This document shows positions 1-9,596 of a stretch of 64,000 bases of DNA, in pieces; position 1 is the first letter of the stretch; every line of letters begins with the position of its first letter. The notes under the pieces are model-generated. The model was not told the origin of the DNA, did no database searches, and saw nothing but the letters and a program-made list of their open reading frames with translations. Position numbers and translations under genes: made by a program. Source of the stretch: an uncultured Alphaproteobacteria bacterium (GTDB lineage: Bacteria; Pseudomonadota; Alphaproteobacteria; Caulobacterales; Hyphomonadaceae); the NCBI GenBank assembly GCA_963973995.1, contig CAXBCO010000003.1, forward strand, positions 133,273 through 197,272, read 5' to 3'.

Positions 1-18
1 TATTGATACGACATATCA

Positions 19-32
19 GTGGCATATGCCAC
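19..32. promoter_or_regulatory. Perfect 14-bp palindrome GTGGCATATGCCAC, candidate operator upstream of the PEPC-like gene
   Basis: Read directly. The 14-mer is self-complementary and lies about 100 nt upstream of the ATG at 135. A TTGACA hexamer sits at 72-77 but has no convincing -10 partner. The window is truncated on the left, so the neighbouring gene is unknown. Confidence 0.2.
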
Positions 33-134
33 ATATGACGGATAACCTGACGGTGAAACCTGCAGTCCGCCTTGACAATATGCAGGCCTCGTCTGCTTTG
101 ACTTCGCAATCAAAGGCGTCTTTGTGGTGAACAG

Positions 135-2960
135 ATGACAAATGCCAACCCAACCCCGCTGACAGTCGCTGCCGTACAGGACTTCCTGCGGGCGCAATCG
201 ACACGCATTGCCGTCGATCCGATGACCAATTCGGTCTTTGCACTGGCCCAGTCCCTGTTCCAGGATGTCGAGGCCAGCAAGGCAAGCGTCGCCGACCTGG
301 CAAAATTTGCGGGTGACCTTCACCTCACCATGATCGAGGAACGCGCGGACCGTTTTCGCGAACAACATTATGACGCCGCGCCCAAGGCAGGCTGGTCGCT
401 GGTGCGCGCCGCCCTCGACGCCCTCGCCCGTAAGGGGTTCGATGCTTTCAGGACCGGCATCGAGCAGAACACCGGCGGCATCGTCTTCACCGCCCACCCG
501 ACCTTCGCGCTCTCACGCGCGCTCAGGCAGGCATTCACCGCGCACGTAACCCGGCCCAACAAATCCAGCCGCGCCACACTCCTCAAGCATATCCGAGAGG
601 ACAGTCGACCGTGGAACAAGTCGATCAATCTGGTGGGAGAGCATGACGAGGTCCAGGACGCGCTGCTCAACGCAGCCGGCGCCCAGCAGGCCTATGCCGC
701 GTTGGTTCTGGACGTGGCCCGCAACGCCTTTCCTGATGGCTGGCGTGGCCTGCGGCCTTACCTGCCGACGCTTGCCAGCTGGGTTGGCTATGACCTTGAC
801 GGGCGGACCGACATTCACTGGTCCCAATCCCTGACCTTCCGCCTGCGCGAAAAGGCCGACCAGCTCGCCCGCTATGCTGACCGGCTGGAAGCGATGTCCG
901 GCGCCAGCAAGATTGCCGTGCTTGCCCGCCTGACGGCGCGCCTGCACGCTGCCGCCAGGGATACCGAGGCCGACGCGCGCCTCTTCGCCGACGACCTGAC
1001 CGATCCGGAGAACCTTGTCCGCGCCGCCAATGCACTGACGTCCCACAGCCAACGCATGGTCCTCGACGCGACCGAGATCACCACCGTTCTGGACGATGCG
1101 ATCCCCGCCGCTGATGACAGCCTGGCGGCCGCGCTGATCGCCTTCCGCGCCGAAGTGGAGTCGCTGCAGCTTGGCACCGCGCGCATCCACCTCCGGGTCA
1201 ACGCCGCGCAGGTGCGTACCGTTATCAATCGCGACCTCGGCCTAGAAACCGAAGACCGCGAACTTGGCCGCCTTGCGCTTGCCGAGCTATCCCAGAAGGC
1301 GCGCCAGTCGAAACCGGTCCAGGTCAATTTCGCCGACCTCTTCCTTGAGCAATCCACCGCCCGGCGCCAGTTCATGATGTGCGCGCAAATCCTCAAGCAC
1401 ATCGATTCCGGCTCGGTTATCCGTTTCCTCATCGCCGAGAGCGAGAACCCCGCCACCGTGATGGGCGCGCTTTATCTTGCCCGTCAGTATGGCGTCGCCG
1501 AGAAGCTCGACATCTCGCCCCTGTTCGAAACGCCGGAAGCCCTCGAGACAGGTGGCCGTTTCATCGAACGCCTGCTCGAGGAGCCTGAATTCCTGCGTTA
1601 CATTCAAGAGCGCGGCTACCTCTCGATCCAGCTCGGCTTCTCGGATGCCGGCCGCTTCATTGGCCAGGTCGCCGCCGACATGGCGATCGAGCGCATCCAC
1701 AATCTCATTGCCCGCGCCCTCGCAGCGAAGACGGACGATGTCGCCCTGCTGATCTTCAACACGCACGGCGAGTCCATGGGACGCGGCGCCTGGCCCGGCA
1801 GTTTCGGCCAGCGCTTCGACCATGTCCTGACACCCTGGACCCGCAATGGCGCCCGAACGCGCGACCTGCGCCTCATGCATGAGGTCAGTTTCCAGGGCGG
1901 CGACGGCTTTCTCCACTTCGCCAGCCAGCCCATCGCCGAGACAACCTATGCCGCATGGTGCCACCGGGCTCTTTCCGCCCCGCCGGACACGTCGAAAGAC
2001 CCGTTCTATACGCGCACGGACCTGGTCTGGGATTTCTATCGTGCGCTGCGCGCCTGGCACGAACGCCTGTTCGCCAATCCCGACTATGGCCGCCTTCTGG
2101 GCGACTTTTCAGCCGGCCTCGTGGTCAAGGCCGGCTCCCGCCAGAAGCGCCGCACCGGCGGCCCGACCGGCCCCCGGTCCCTGCGCGCCATCTCGCACAA
2201 CGCGACGCTGCAGCAGCTCGGCATCCCCGCCAACACGGCGTCTGGCATTGGCTCGTCGCTACAGCGCGAGAATGACCGGCTCGTCGAGCTGATCAATGCC
2301 AGCCCCCGCATGCACGGCCTGATCCTGCTCGCGCTCAGGGCCCGCGTCGTCACCAGCCTGCCGGCCCTGCGCGCCTATGCCAACGTGTTCGACCCAAGCG
2401 TCTGGATCGCCCATGCGCGCCTCGCCGAACCTGACAAAGCCGCCGCCTATCGCAGCGTCTATTATGGCCTGCGCGACGATGAGACCGCCGTCTCGATCAA
2501 CCGGATCGCCAACTTCCTGTCGATCGACCTGGGCAAGTTCGACCGCCTACTCGCCCGGCTTGATGATGCCCCGTCTGCCGAGGAACGTCACGAAGGCCGG
2601 CTTGACCTGCACGCCCTGCATGCCATCCGGCAGGCCCTGATGATGCGCGCCTTCGCGCTGGTCGGCCGGTTGCCCCGTATTTCCCAGCGTCACGACACGG
2701 ATGCGCGCGATCTCCTGCGTATGGTGCTCGACATGCGTATCGCCGAGACTGTCGACCTGCTCGTGGAAATCTTCCCCCGCGCAAGCGATGAGGAAACGCC
2801 TTTCACGGCGCTGACCGAACCAGGAAGCGAGACCAAATCCGCTGCCAGCTATGGTTATGACAGCATTCACCGGGACATTATCGGACCGCTGGATGAGATC
2901 GACCGCGCCCTGCATGGCATCAGCCTGGCGATCACGCACGCCTATGGGGCTTTCGGCTAA
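135..2960 (+). CDS. ppc: Phosphoenolpyruvate carboxylase-like protein (divergent bacterial-type PEPC), 941 aa
   Basis: The ATG start was checked. Length is typical of bacterial PEPC. Motifs present: VFTAHPTF (cf. TAHPTE), LGFSDAGRFIG (cf. GYSDSxKDxG), NTHGESMGRGAWPG (cf. FHGRGGxxGRGG), and a C-terminal Gly. The catalytic-loop motifs are altered (see finding). Confidence 0.7.
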   Translation: MTNANPTPLTVAAVQDFLRAQSTRIAVDPMTNSVFALAQSLFQDVEASKASVADLAKFAGDLHLTMIEERADRFREQHYDAAPKAGWSLVRAALDALARKGFDAFRTGIEQNTGGIVFTAHPTFALSRALRQAFTAHVTRPNKSSRATLLKHIREDSRPWNKSINLVGEHDEVQDALLNAAGAQQAYAALVLDVARNAFPDGWRGLRPYLPTLASWVGYDLDGRTDIHWSQSLTFRLREKADQLARYADRLEAMSGASKIAVLARLTARLHAAARDTEADARLFADDLTDPENLVRAANALTSHSQRMVLDATEITTVLDDAIPAADDSLAAALIAFRAEVESLQLGTARIHLRVNAAQVRTVINRDLGLETEDRELGRLALAELSQKARQSKPVQVNFADLFLEQSTARRQFMMCAQILKHIDSGSVIRFLIAESENPATVMGALYLARQYGVAEKLDISPLFETPEALETGGRFIERLLEEPEFLRYIQERGYLSIQLGFSDAGRFIGQVAADMAIERIHNLIARALAAKTDDVALLIFNTHGESMGRGAWPGSFGQRFDHVLTPWTRNGARTRDLRLMHEVSFQGGDGFLHFASQPIAETTYAAWCHRALSAPPDTSKDPFYTRTDLVWDFYRALRAWHERLFANPDYGRLLGDFSAGLVVKAGSRQKRRTGGPTGPRSLRAISHNATLQQLGIPANTASGIGSSLQRENDRLVELINASPRMHGLILLALRARVVTSLPALRAYANVFDPSVWIAHARLAEPDKAAAYRSVYYGLRDDETAVSINRIANFLSIDLGKFDRLLARLDDAPSAEERHEGRLDLHALHAIRQALMMRAFALVGRLPRISQRHDTDARDLLRMVLDMRIAETVDLLVEIFPRASDEETPFTALTEPGSETKSAASYGYDSIHRDIIGPLDEIDRALHGISLAITHAYGAFG

Positions 2961-3103
2961 GATCGATCCGGTCGCCCGCCGTTTCCCCGCAAGGATGATC
3001 CATAGGCTCGTTGGCCTCTCCCAACGTCATGCCTTCCTATGACGCTTACGTGCGCGTAAACCTCTTTCATCAACCAATTTGATGCGAACCGGGAGAAACC
3101 CTC

Positions 3104-4348
3104 ATGGCTGAAGCCTATATCATTGACGCCTGCCGCACGCCGCGCGGCATCGGCAAAGTAGGAAAGGGCGCCCTCGCCCATATCCACCCACAACAACTGG
3201 CAGCGACCGTCCTGAAGGCACTGGCCGAACGCAACAAGCTCGACACAGCCACCGTCGACGACATTATCTGGGGCACCAGCAGCCAGCGCGGCGCTCAGGG
3301 CGCTGACCTTGGCCGCATGGCCGCGCTCGATGCCGGCTATGATATCAAGGCCTCCGGCGTCACGCTCGACCGCTTCTGCGGCTCGGGCATTACATCCGTC
3401 GCGCTCGCCGCAGCCCAGGTCATGTCCGGCATGGAAGATTGTGTCATCGCCGGCGGCACGGAAATGATGAGCTACACCTCCTCCACCGCCGACCCGAAAA
3501 CGCCGCCTGTCATGGACGCTGGCAACACACGCCTGCGCGCCTCGCACCCGCAAACCCAGCAAGGCATCTGCGCCGATGCCATCGCTACGCTGGAAGGCAT
3601 CGACCGCGAAGCGGTTGATCGCCTCGCATTTACGAGCCAGCAGCGCGCCGCCAAGGCCATCGAAGAAGGCCGTTTCGACAAGTCGCTCGTGCCGGTCTAC
3701 AATGAAGACGGCACGCTCGCGCTCGACCATGAAGAATTCCCGCGTCCGGGCACAACCATGGAAACACTGGCTGGCCTGCGCACCGTGTTCCCGGCCTATA
3801 TGGACATCCCCGTGGATGACAAAGGCAACACGTACGGCAACCTGCTCACCAAGAAATACCCACAGCTCGAAGGCAAGGTGAACCATGTCCACCATGCCGG
3901 TAACTCGTCGGGCGTTGTCGATGGTGCCGCCGCCATCCTGATCACTTCGAAAGAGTATGCTGACAAGCACGGCCTCAAACCGCGCGGCCGTATCGTTGCC
4001 ACGGCGAACATGGGTGATTGCCCGACGCTGATGCTCAACGCGCCGGTTCCGGCGGCGAAGAAAGTTCTCGAAAAAGCCGGCCTCACCAAGGACGATATCG
4101 ACGTCTACGAAATCAACGAAGCCTTCTCGGTTGTTGCCGAAAAGTTCATCCGCGATCTCGATCTCGACCGCGAAAAGGTCAACATCAATGGCGGCGCCAT
4201 GGCCCTCGGCCACCCGATTGGCGCCACCGGTTCGATCCTGATCGGTACCGCGCTTGACGAACTTGAACGTTCCGGCGGCCGTTACGGCCTGATCACCATG
4301 TGCGCCGCTGGCGGCATGGCGCCGGCGATCATCATCGAGCGTATCTAA
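3104..4348 (+). CDS. Acetyl-CoA C-acyltransferase (thiolase), 414 aa
   Basis: GGGAGA RBS before the ATG. Thiolase motifs DRFCGSG (active-site Cys), [17 protein letters not shown] and [10 protein letters not shown]. Confidence 0.9.
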   Translation: MAEAYIIDACRTPRGIGKVGKGALAHIHPQQLAATVLKALAERNKLDTATVDDIIWGTSSQRGAQGADLGRMAALDAGYDIKASGVTLDRFCGSGITSVALAAAQVMSGMEDCVIAGGTEMMSYTSSTADPKTPPVMDAGNTRLRASHPQTQQGICADAIATLEGIDREAVDRLAFTSQQRAAKAIEEGRFDKSLVPVYNEDGTLALDHEEFPRPGTTMETLAGLRTVFPAYMDIPVDDKGNTYGNLLTKKYPQLEGKVNHVHHAGNSSGVVDGAAAILITSKEYADKHGLKPRGRIVATANMGDCPTLMLNAPVPAAKKVLEKAGLTKDDIDVYEINEAFSVVAEKFIRDLDLDREKVNINGGAMALGHPIGATGSILIGTALDELERSGGRYGLITMCAAGGMAPAIIIERI

Positions 4349-4374
4349 GCTCGCGGCGACAGCCGGACAACCAG

Positions 4375-4405
4375 CCCGCTCCCGGCCTCCGGGGGCGGGT
4401 TTTTT
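4375..4405 (+). terminator. Rho-independent terminator after the thiolase gene
   Basis: Stem CCCGCTCCCGG (4375-4385) pairs with CCGGGGGCGGG (4389-4399) with one G:U pair. The loop is 3 nt and is followed by TTTTTT at 4400-4405. It lies 27 nt after the TAA stop. Confidence 0.8.
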
Positions 4406-4461
4406 CATGGCGCCGCTACGTGTCCCGTCTTAGAGTAGCGAAGAGAAAAAAGGGGGCACAC

Positions 4462-5349
4462 ATGAAAACCACCATCTCGACAGCCGCATCGCTGAGCGCG
4501 CTCATGTTCATGGCAGCCTGCGCGACCGCGCCGCTGAGCACGGTTGATCCCGTAAAGGTCGACGCCGACTTCCCACCCTCGCTCGTAGAGCTGAATTTCG
4601 AAAGCCACGGCGACCGCCTGAACGGCCACGCATACCTTGCCGAGGGCGAAGGCCCGCACCCGACGGTGGTCCTGCTGCATGGCTTCCCTGGCAATGAACG
4701 CAATCTCGACCTCGCGCAGGACCTGCGCAGTGACGGGTTCAATGTCCTCTTCTTCCACTATCGGGGCGCCTGGGGCAGCGAGGGCACTTACAGCTTCACT
4801 CACGTCATCGAAGACGTCGCCTCAGCCACCGACATGCTCCGCGCCAATACCGAAACCTATCGCACCGATCCGGAGAAACTGATCCTGATCGGCCACTCCA
4901 TGGGCGGATTCGCAGCCCTGCAAGCTGCGGCCCGTGACGAGCACATCACCTGCGTCGCCGGTATTGCACCTGCAGACCTTGGTGCGATCGCCAACGCGTT
5001 TGATACCGATCCGGCCAGCGCTGAGAGCTTTGCTGCGTACTCAGACACCATGCAAATGCTGGCCGGCCTGGCCGGCGAGGCCGCGGTCACAGAGATAATG
5101 TCCAACCGCGAAGCCTTTGACGTAGGGGCGCTGGCGCCGAAATTGTCCGGCAAGTCTGTCCTGCTCATCGCTGGCGACAAGGACACTTCGGTACCGCCGG
5201 ACCGCGTCCATGCCCCGATGGTCGCCGCCTATGAAGCCGAACCCGGCATCGACCTGACAGCCAAAGTCCTACCGGGCGACCATTCCTTCTCCTGGTCACG
5301 CCAGGAACTGATCGACGAAGTGCTGGACTGGGCCGAAACCTGCCGTTGA
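4462..5349 (+). CDS. Secreted or lipoprotein-type alpha/beta hydrolase, 295 aa
   Basis: I chose the internal ATG at 4462, which has an AGGGGG RBS, because the ORF-track start at 4300 overlaps the thiolase gene and the terminator. Signal/lipobox-like N-terminus MKTTISTAASLSALMFMAAC. Nucleophile elbow GHSMGG and HGFPG motif. Confidence 0.75.
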   Translation: MKTTISTAASLSALMFMAACATAPLSTVDPVKVDADFPPSLVELNFESHGDRLNGHAYLAEGEGPHPTVVLLHGFPGNERNLDLAQDLRSDGFNVLFFHYRGAWGSEGTYSFTHVIEDVASATDMLRANTETYRTDPEKLILIGHSMGGFAALQAAARDEHITCVAGIAPADLGAIANAFDTDPASAESFAAYSDTMQMLAGLAGEAAVTEIMSNREAFDVGALAPKLSGKSVLLIAGDKDTSVPPDRVHAPMVAAYEAEPGIDLTAKVLPGDHSFSWSRQELIDEVLDWAETCR

Positions 5350-5428
5350 CACCGTGCAACTGGCCAAGCTTTCGGATTGGATCTAACCTTTTGTTCCCAA
5401 CAAAACAGAAACTGACACGGAGGGCCGG

Positions 5429-7045
5429 ATGTATAAAGTCAATCTCACGGAATCCTATTTTCCGGCACAGGGCGGCACCGAACCTGCACCGCTGACAATC
5501 GGCGCAATGCTGCGCGCCTCAGTTGCCCGCGCGCCGGATTTCCCGGCCCTCAAGGCCCTCGACTATGACGGTACAATCCTGCGCACCTGGACCTATTCCC
5601 AGCTCCTGGACGACAGCGAACGCCTCGCCCGCGCCCTTGCCAGCCGGCACGCCGAAGGGGTGCGGATCGCCGTCTACGCCAATAACGTGCCGGAATGGAT
5701 CCTGCTCGAACTCGCGTGCGGCCTCGCGGGCGTCACGCTCGTCACGGTCAACCCGGCCTACCAGAAACGCGAACTCAAATTCGTGCTCGAACAGTCCCGC
5801 GCCGAAGCGATCTATTATGTGAAGGATTTCCGCGGGAACCCGATGCAGGACATCGCCGATTCCGTCTGCGACGAGATCCCGGCGATCCGGCACCGCATCC
5901 TGCTCACAGACCACGAGGCGTTGTTTGCCGGAGAAAATGACGGAGCGTTGCGTGATCCGAAACCTTCCGACCCTGTGCAGATCCAGTACACCTCCGGAAC
6001 GACCGGCTTTCCAAAAGGCGCGCTGTTGCACCATAACGGCCTTGTGCGGAACGGCGTCGATGCGATGACCCGGGCCGGCATGACTGCGGGCAAGTCCTTC
6101 GTCCACAACATGCCGCTTTTCCACACGACCGGCTGTGCAATACTCGTGCTCGGCGGCCTCGGCGTGGGGGCAACCATGCTGCTGGCGCCCATGTTTGATC
6201 CGGAAATGATCGTGAAAGTGATAGAGCGAGAAAAGACCGACTTCATTCTCGGTGTGCCGACCATGCTCGTGGCGCTGATCGATGAAGTGCAGAAATCCGG
6301 GCGCGACGTCTCGTCAATCTCGCGCATCATGTCTGGCGGCGCGATGGTGGCACCGGAACTGTGCAAGCAGGCGCGCGCCGTTCTGGGTGCGCCCATCCAG
6401 ATCGTCTACGGGCAGACCGAAACATCGCCCGTCATCACGCAGGCCTGGTTCGAGGATTCGCTTGAAGACCTGACGCAGACAATCGGCCAACCCGCCGCAC
6501 ATGTCGAAGTCTCGATCCGGCACCCGCAAACCAACACCGTCGTGCCAGTGGGCGAACAGGGCGAAATCTGTTGCCGCGGCTATCTCGTCATGACCGGCTA
6601 CAATGACAATCCGGAAGCGACCGCCGCCGCCATCGATTCCGACGGCTGGCTCCATACCGGCGATCTCGGGCGCATGGATGCGCGCGGCTATGTCAGGATC
6701 ACAGGCCGCGTGAAGGAAATGATCATTCGTGGTGGTGAGAATCTCTTCCCGGTGGAGATCGAGAACGCCATGCTGGAACATGTCGCCGTTGCCGAAGTGG
6801 CCGTCGTGGGTATCCCGGACGAGAAATGGGGCGAGCAGGTCGCCTGTTTCCTCCGCAGCAAGGGCCAGACGAAAGCGGACGGCGTTGAGCTGAAGGCTTT
6901 CATCCGCGAACGCCTGTCACCCCAGAAGACACCGGCTTACTGGATCTGGGTCGAGGAATGGCCCCTGACCGGATCCGGCAAGATCCAGAAGTTCAAGCTG
7001 CGCGAAGCCTATGAGGCGGGCGAATTCGAGGGAAAGCTGGTCTGA
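5429..7045 (+). CDS. AMP-dependent acyl-CoA synthetase/ligase, 538 aa
   Basis: GGAGGG RBS. Adenylate-forming motifs YTSGTTGFPKGA, GWLHTGDLG and GSGKIQKF. Confidence 0.9.
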   Translation: MYKVNLTESYFPAQGGTEPAPLTIGAMLRASVARAPDFPALKALDYDGTILRTWTYSQLLDDSERLARALASRHAEGVRIAVYANNVPEWILLELACGLAGVTLVTVNPAYQKRELKFVLEQSRAEAIYYVKDFRGNPMQDIADSVCDEIPAIRHRILLTDHEALFAGENDGALRDPKPSDPVQIQYTSGTTGFPKGALLHHNGLVRNGVDAMTRAGMTAGKSFVHNMPLFHTTGCAILVLGGLGVGATMLLAPMFDPEMIVKVIEREKTDFILGVPTMLVALIDEVQKSGRDVSSISRIMSGGAMVAPELCKQARAVLGAPIQIVYGQTETSPVITQAWFEDSLEDLTQTIGQPAAHVEVSIRHPQTNTVVPVGEQGEICCRGYLVMTGYNDNPEATAAAIDSDGWLHTGDLGRMDARGYVRITGRVKEMIIRGGENLFPVEIENAMLEHVAVAEVAVVGIPDEKWGEQVACFLRSKGQTKADGVELKAFIRERLSPQKTPAYWIWVEEWPLTGSGKIQKFKLREAYEAGEFEGKLV

Positions 7046-7051
7046 GCGCGC

Positions 7052-8203
7052 CTAGTTCGCCCGCTTTTCATCCTCGTGGCCGCTCCAGAAGCGCTTGATG
7101 CGGCCGAGGAAGCCTTCGCTTTCCGGGTGGCAATCGGCGCCCGAGCATTCGCAGAACTCGCGCAGGATGTCCTTCTGGCGCGCCGTCATGTTTTGCGGCG
7201 TCTCGACGAACATTTCGACATAGAGGTCGCCGGTCTGGCCGGACGACCGCACGCTCGGCATGCCCTTGCCGCGCAGGCGCAGCTTGCGACCCGTCTGGGC
7301 CCCTTCGGGAATCGCGACCTTGGCGCGACCGCCATCGATCGTCGGAATCTCGATTTCGCCACCTAGGGCGGCTGTGGCCATCGGCACAGGCGCACGGCAA
7401 TAGAGGTTCGGTCCGTCGCGCTCGAAGATATCGTGCTCCACGACATCGACGAAGATATAGAGGTCGCCCTTGGCGCCGCCTGCCGTGCCGCTTTCGCCCT
7501 CACCTGACAGACGGATGCGCATGCCGCTCTCGACGCCTGCCGGAATTTTCACTGACAGCTTGCGTTCTTCGCGAACTTGCCCCGCGCCGCCGCATTCCTT
7601 GCAGGGCTTGCGAATGACTTTGCCCTTGCCCGAACAGCGCGGACAGGTGCGCTCCATGGTGAAAAAGCCCTGCTGGGCGCGCACACGGCCGTGACCGTCG
7701 CACATGTCACATTTCTCGGGCGTGCTGCCCTGCGCAGCGCCGCTGCCTGAGCAGGGCTCACATGGCACGGCCTGGGGCACATGGATTTCTTCATCCTTGC
7801 CGAAATAGGCTTCGGCCAGGGTAATCTCGAGATCGTAGCGCAGGTCCGACCCGCGCTGCGGACCGCCTCGGCGGCGACCGCCAAAGCCGCCTGCACCGAA
7901 GACCTGGCTGAACAGGTCCTGGAATATGTCTTCAGGATTGGCCCCTGCCCCGAAAGGGCTGCCACCGCCACCACCATTTTCGAACGCCGCATGGCCGTAG
8001 CGGTCATAGGCGGCGCGCTTGTCAGCGTCGCAGAGCACCGCATAGGCCTCGCCGACTTCCTTGAACTGTTCTTCAGCTTCACCGTTTCCGGAGTTCTGGT
8101 CCGGATGGTACTTCATGGCGAGCTTGCGATAAGCCGATTTCAGCTGCTTGTCGTCTGCATCGCGAGCGACACCGAGCACTTCATAATAGTCGCGTTTGCT
8201 CAT
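7052..8203 (-). CDS. dnaJ: Molecular chaperone DnaJ, 383 aa
   Basis: J domain with the HPD motif (KYHPDQN), a G/F-rich linker, and four CxxCxGxG zinc-finger repeats (CEPCSGSG, CDMCDGHG, CPRCSGKG, CKECGGAG). Confidence 0.95.
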   Translation of the reverse strand: MSKRDYYEVLGVARDADDKQLKSAYRKLAMKYHPDQNSGNGEAEEQFKEVGEAYAVLCDADKRAAYDRYGHAAFENGGGGGSPFGAGANPEDIFQDLFSQVFGAGGFGGRRRGGPQRGSDLRYDLEITLAEAYFGKDEEIHVPQAVPCEPCSGSGAAQGSTPEKCDMCDGHGRVRAQQGFFTMERTCPRCSGKGKVIRKPCKECGGAGQVREERKLSVKIPAGVESGMRIRLSGEGESGTAGGAKGDLYIFVDVVEHDIFERDGPNLYCRAPVPMATAALGGEIEIPTIDGGRAKVAIPEGAQTGRKLRLRGKGMPSVRSSGQTGDLYVEMFVETPQNMTARQKDILREFCECSGADCHPESEGFLGRIKRFWSGHEDEKRAN

Positions 8204-8244
8204 GATTTATTGCCGTCTTCCCGAATTCCCTGATGTGCGCAGTC

Positions 8245-8275
8245 ATGTGGGGCGAACTGCCCCTGCCCGCAAGGG
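8245..8275 (-). promoter_or_regulatory. Candidate sigma32 (RpoH)-type heat-shock promoter for dnaJ
   Basis: The minus strand reads CCCTTGCG-N15-CCCCACAT and ends 42 nt upstream of the dnaJ ATG. This resembles the E. coli sigma32 consensus CCCTTGAA-N13-15-CCCCATNT. It is a match by eye only. Confidence 0.4.
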
Positions 8276-8297
8276 ATAGCTGCAGAAAGCACGGTGC

Positions 8298-9596
8298 TCA
8301 GCTGGGGCCGGGACCAAAGGCGGTGATGCCTTTTTCCACGACAGATACGCCGGACGACTGGATCTGCATCACGGCAAGGCCGCGCTGCGATGTGCCGTCA
8401 ATCCGGAACCGGAACAGGCCATTAACGCCCATGAACCCATCGGGATCGGTAACGCCGTTATAGCGTATGTTGTTATCCGCCCCGAGCCGCACCGAAAGCG
8501 CGGCCGCGTCATAGGCGACCGCTGCCAGGTCCGTCGGGTTGCGGCCGTAGATGCGGTTATAGGTCTGCTTGAAGCCCGCCAGGTTTGACGGGTCCGGCGC
8601 GGCATAAACCCCGCCGGCCAGCGTCGGCTCGCGCCAGATGCTGGAATCATCCCACAGGCTGGTGCCCATCAGCATGACCTGGCGCATGTCGACCCCATTA
8701 TAAGGCAGCAAGGGCGCCACCGAGAGCAGCTTCACGCCACGCTCGGGGATCATCACGGCCACCTTGCCGCGCGCAATCTCCCCTTGCAGAACAGTCGCAA
8801 TCTGGCGCGACTCCGCCGCCGCCCCGGATCCGGGATCATAAAAGGCCGACGCGACAACCACGCCGCCCTGCTGCGAGGCCTGGAAGCGCATCGCTGCCTC
8901 GACCTGGCGCCCGTATGGCGTGCTCGGCCCGAGGAACACAAACGAACGAACGCCGCGAGCTCCGGCATACTGCATCACACGCGCGACTTCCTCTTCGGGC
9001 GAGACGGACGCGAGATAGGCTCCGCCACCTGCCGCACTGCGGTCATTCGAAAAGGCGATGATCGGCACCTGTGCGCGGCTGGCTATCGGCGTGATCGCCT
9101 TCACATTCGCCCCGAACAGCGGCCCCAGGATGATATCAGCGCCTTCCTTCAGCGACTCGTCCACGCGCGCCTCTGTCACCGACTGCTTGCCAGCCGTATC
9201 CTTCGGCATGATCAGGAAATTGTCCCCGGCATACTCAAACAGAGCCAGTTCAATACCCGCCAGCATGCTTTCGGCTTCGGCGCGCACCTGCGCATTCGGA
9301 TGCGAAAAGGGCAGCAGCACGGCAGCGCGTTTCACGTCGCGGCCTTCCATGAAGGGCGGGATCAGGCCGCCATCGCCGCGAACCGGTTTCTGGTGATCCA
9401 GTTCGCCAAGCTGCGTTTCGTCCACTTCGCCGGGCTGCAGCACTTCGCCGGTCACCGGGTCAACCCGCGGCTCGCCGGTGCCGATCTGGACTGGCGGGCG
9501 GGCGGGCGCTGTGGCACAGGCCGTGGCCAGGAGGAGGGAAGCCAGAACAAGGCTTGGCGCTTTGAGCTTCCTGAGCAATGGTTGAAGCAATGTCAT
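8298..9596 (-). CDS. Penicillin-binding protein activator LpoA-like periplasmic-binding-fold lipoprotein, 432 aa
   Basis: Signal/lipobox-like N-terminus (LASLLLATAC). Segment RAAVLLPFSH...GIELAL is typical of the LppC/LpoA type-1 periplasmic binding fold. It sits divergent from rsmI, with yraN beyond, matching the E. coli lpoA(yraM)/rsmI(yraL)/yraN neighbourhood. Confidence 0.6.
   Translation of the reverse strand: MTLLQPLLRKLKAPSLVLASLLLATACATAPARPPVQIGTGEPRVDPVTGEVLQPGEVDETQLGELDHQKPVRGDGGLIPPFMEGRDVKRAAVLLPFSHPNAQVRAEAESMLAGIELALFEYAGDNFLIMPKDTAGKQSVTEARVDESLKEGADIILGPLFGANVKAITPIASRAQVPIIAFSNDRSAAGGGAYLASVSPEEEVARVMQYAGARGVRSFVFLGPSTPYGRQVEAAMRFQASQQGGVVVASAFYDPGSGAAAESRQIATVLQGEIARGKVAVMIPERGVKLLSVAPLLPYNGVDMRQVMLMGTSLWDDSSIWREPTLAGGVYAAPDPSNLAGFKQTYNRIYGRNPTDLAAVAYDAAALSVRLGADNNIRYNGVTDPDGFMGVNGLFRFRIDGTSQRGLAVMQIQSSGVSVVEKGITAFGPGPS

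Noticed and set aside
3046-3059. TTACG-N4-CGTAA inverted repeat upstream of the thiolase gene
   Set aside because: The arms are only 5 bp, which is expected by chance in a 143-bp spacer.
2957-4408. 483-aa minus-strand ORF
   Set aside because: It is antisense to the thiolase gene, which is confidently coding, and it runs through the plus-strand terminator.
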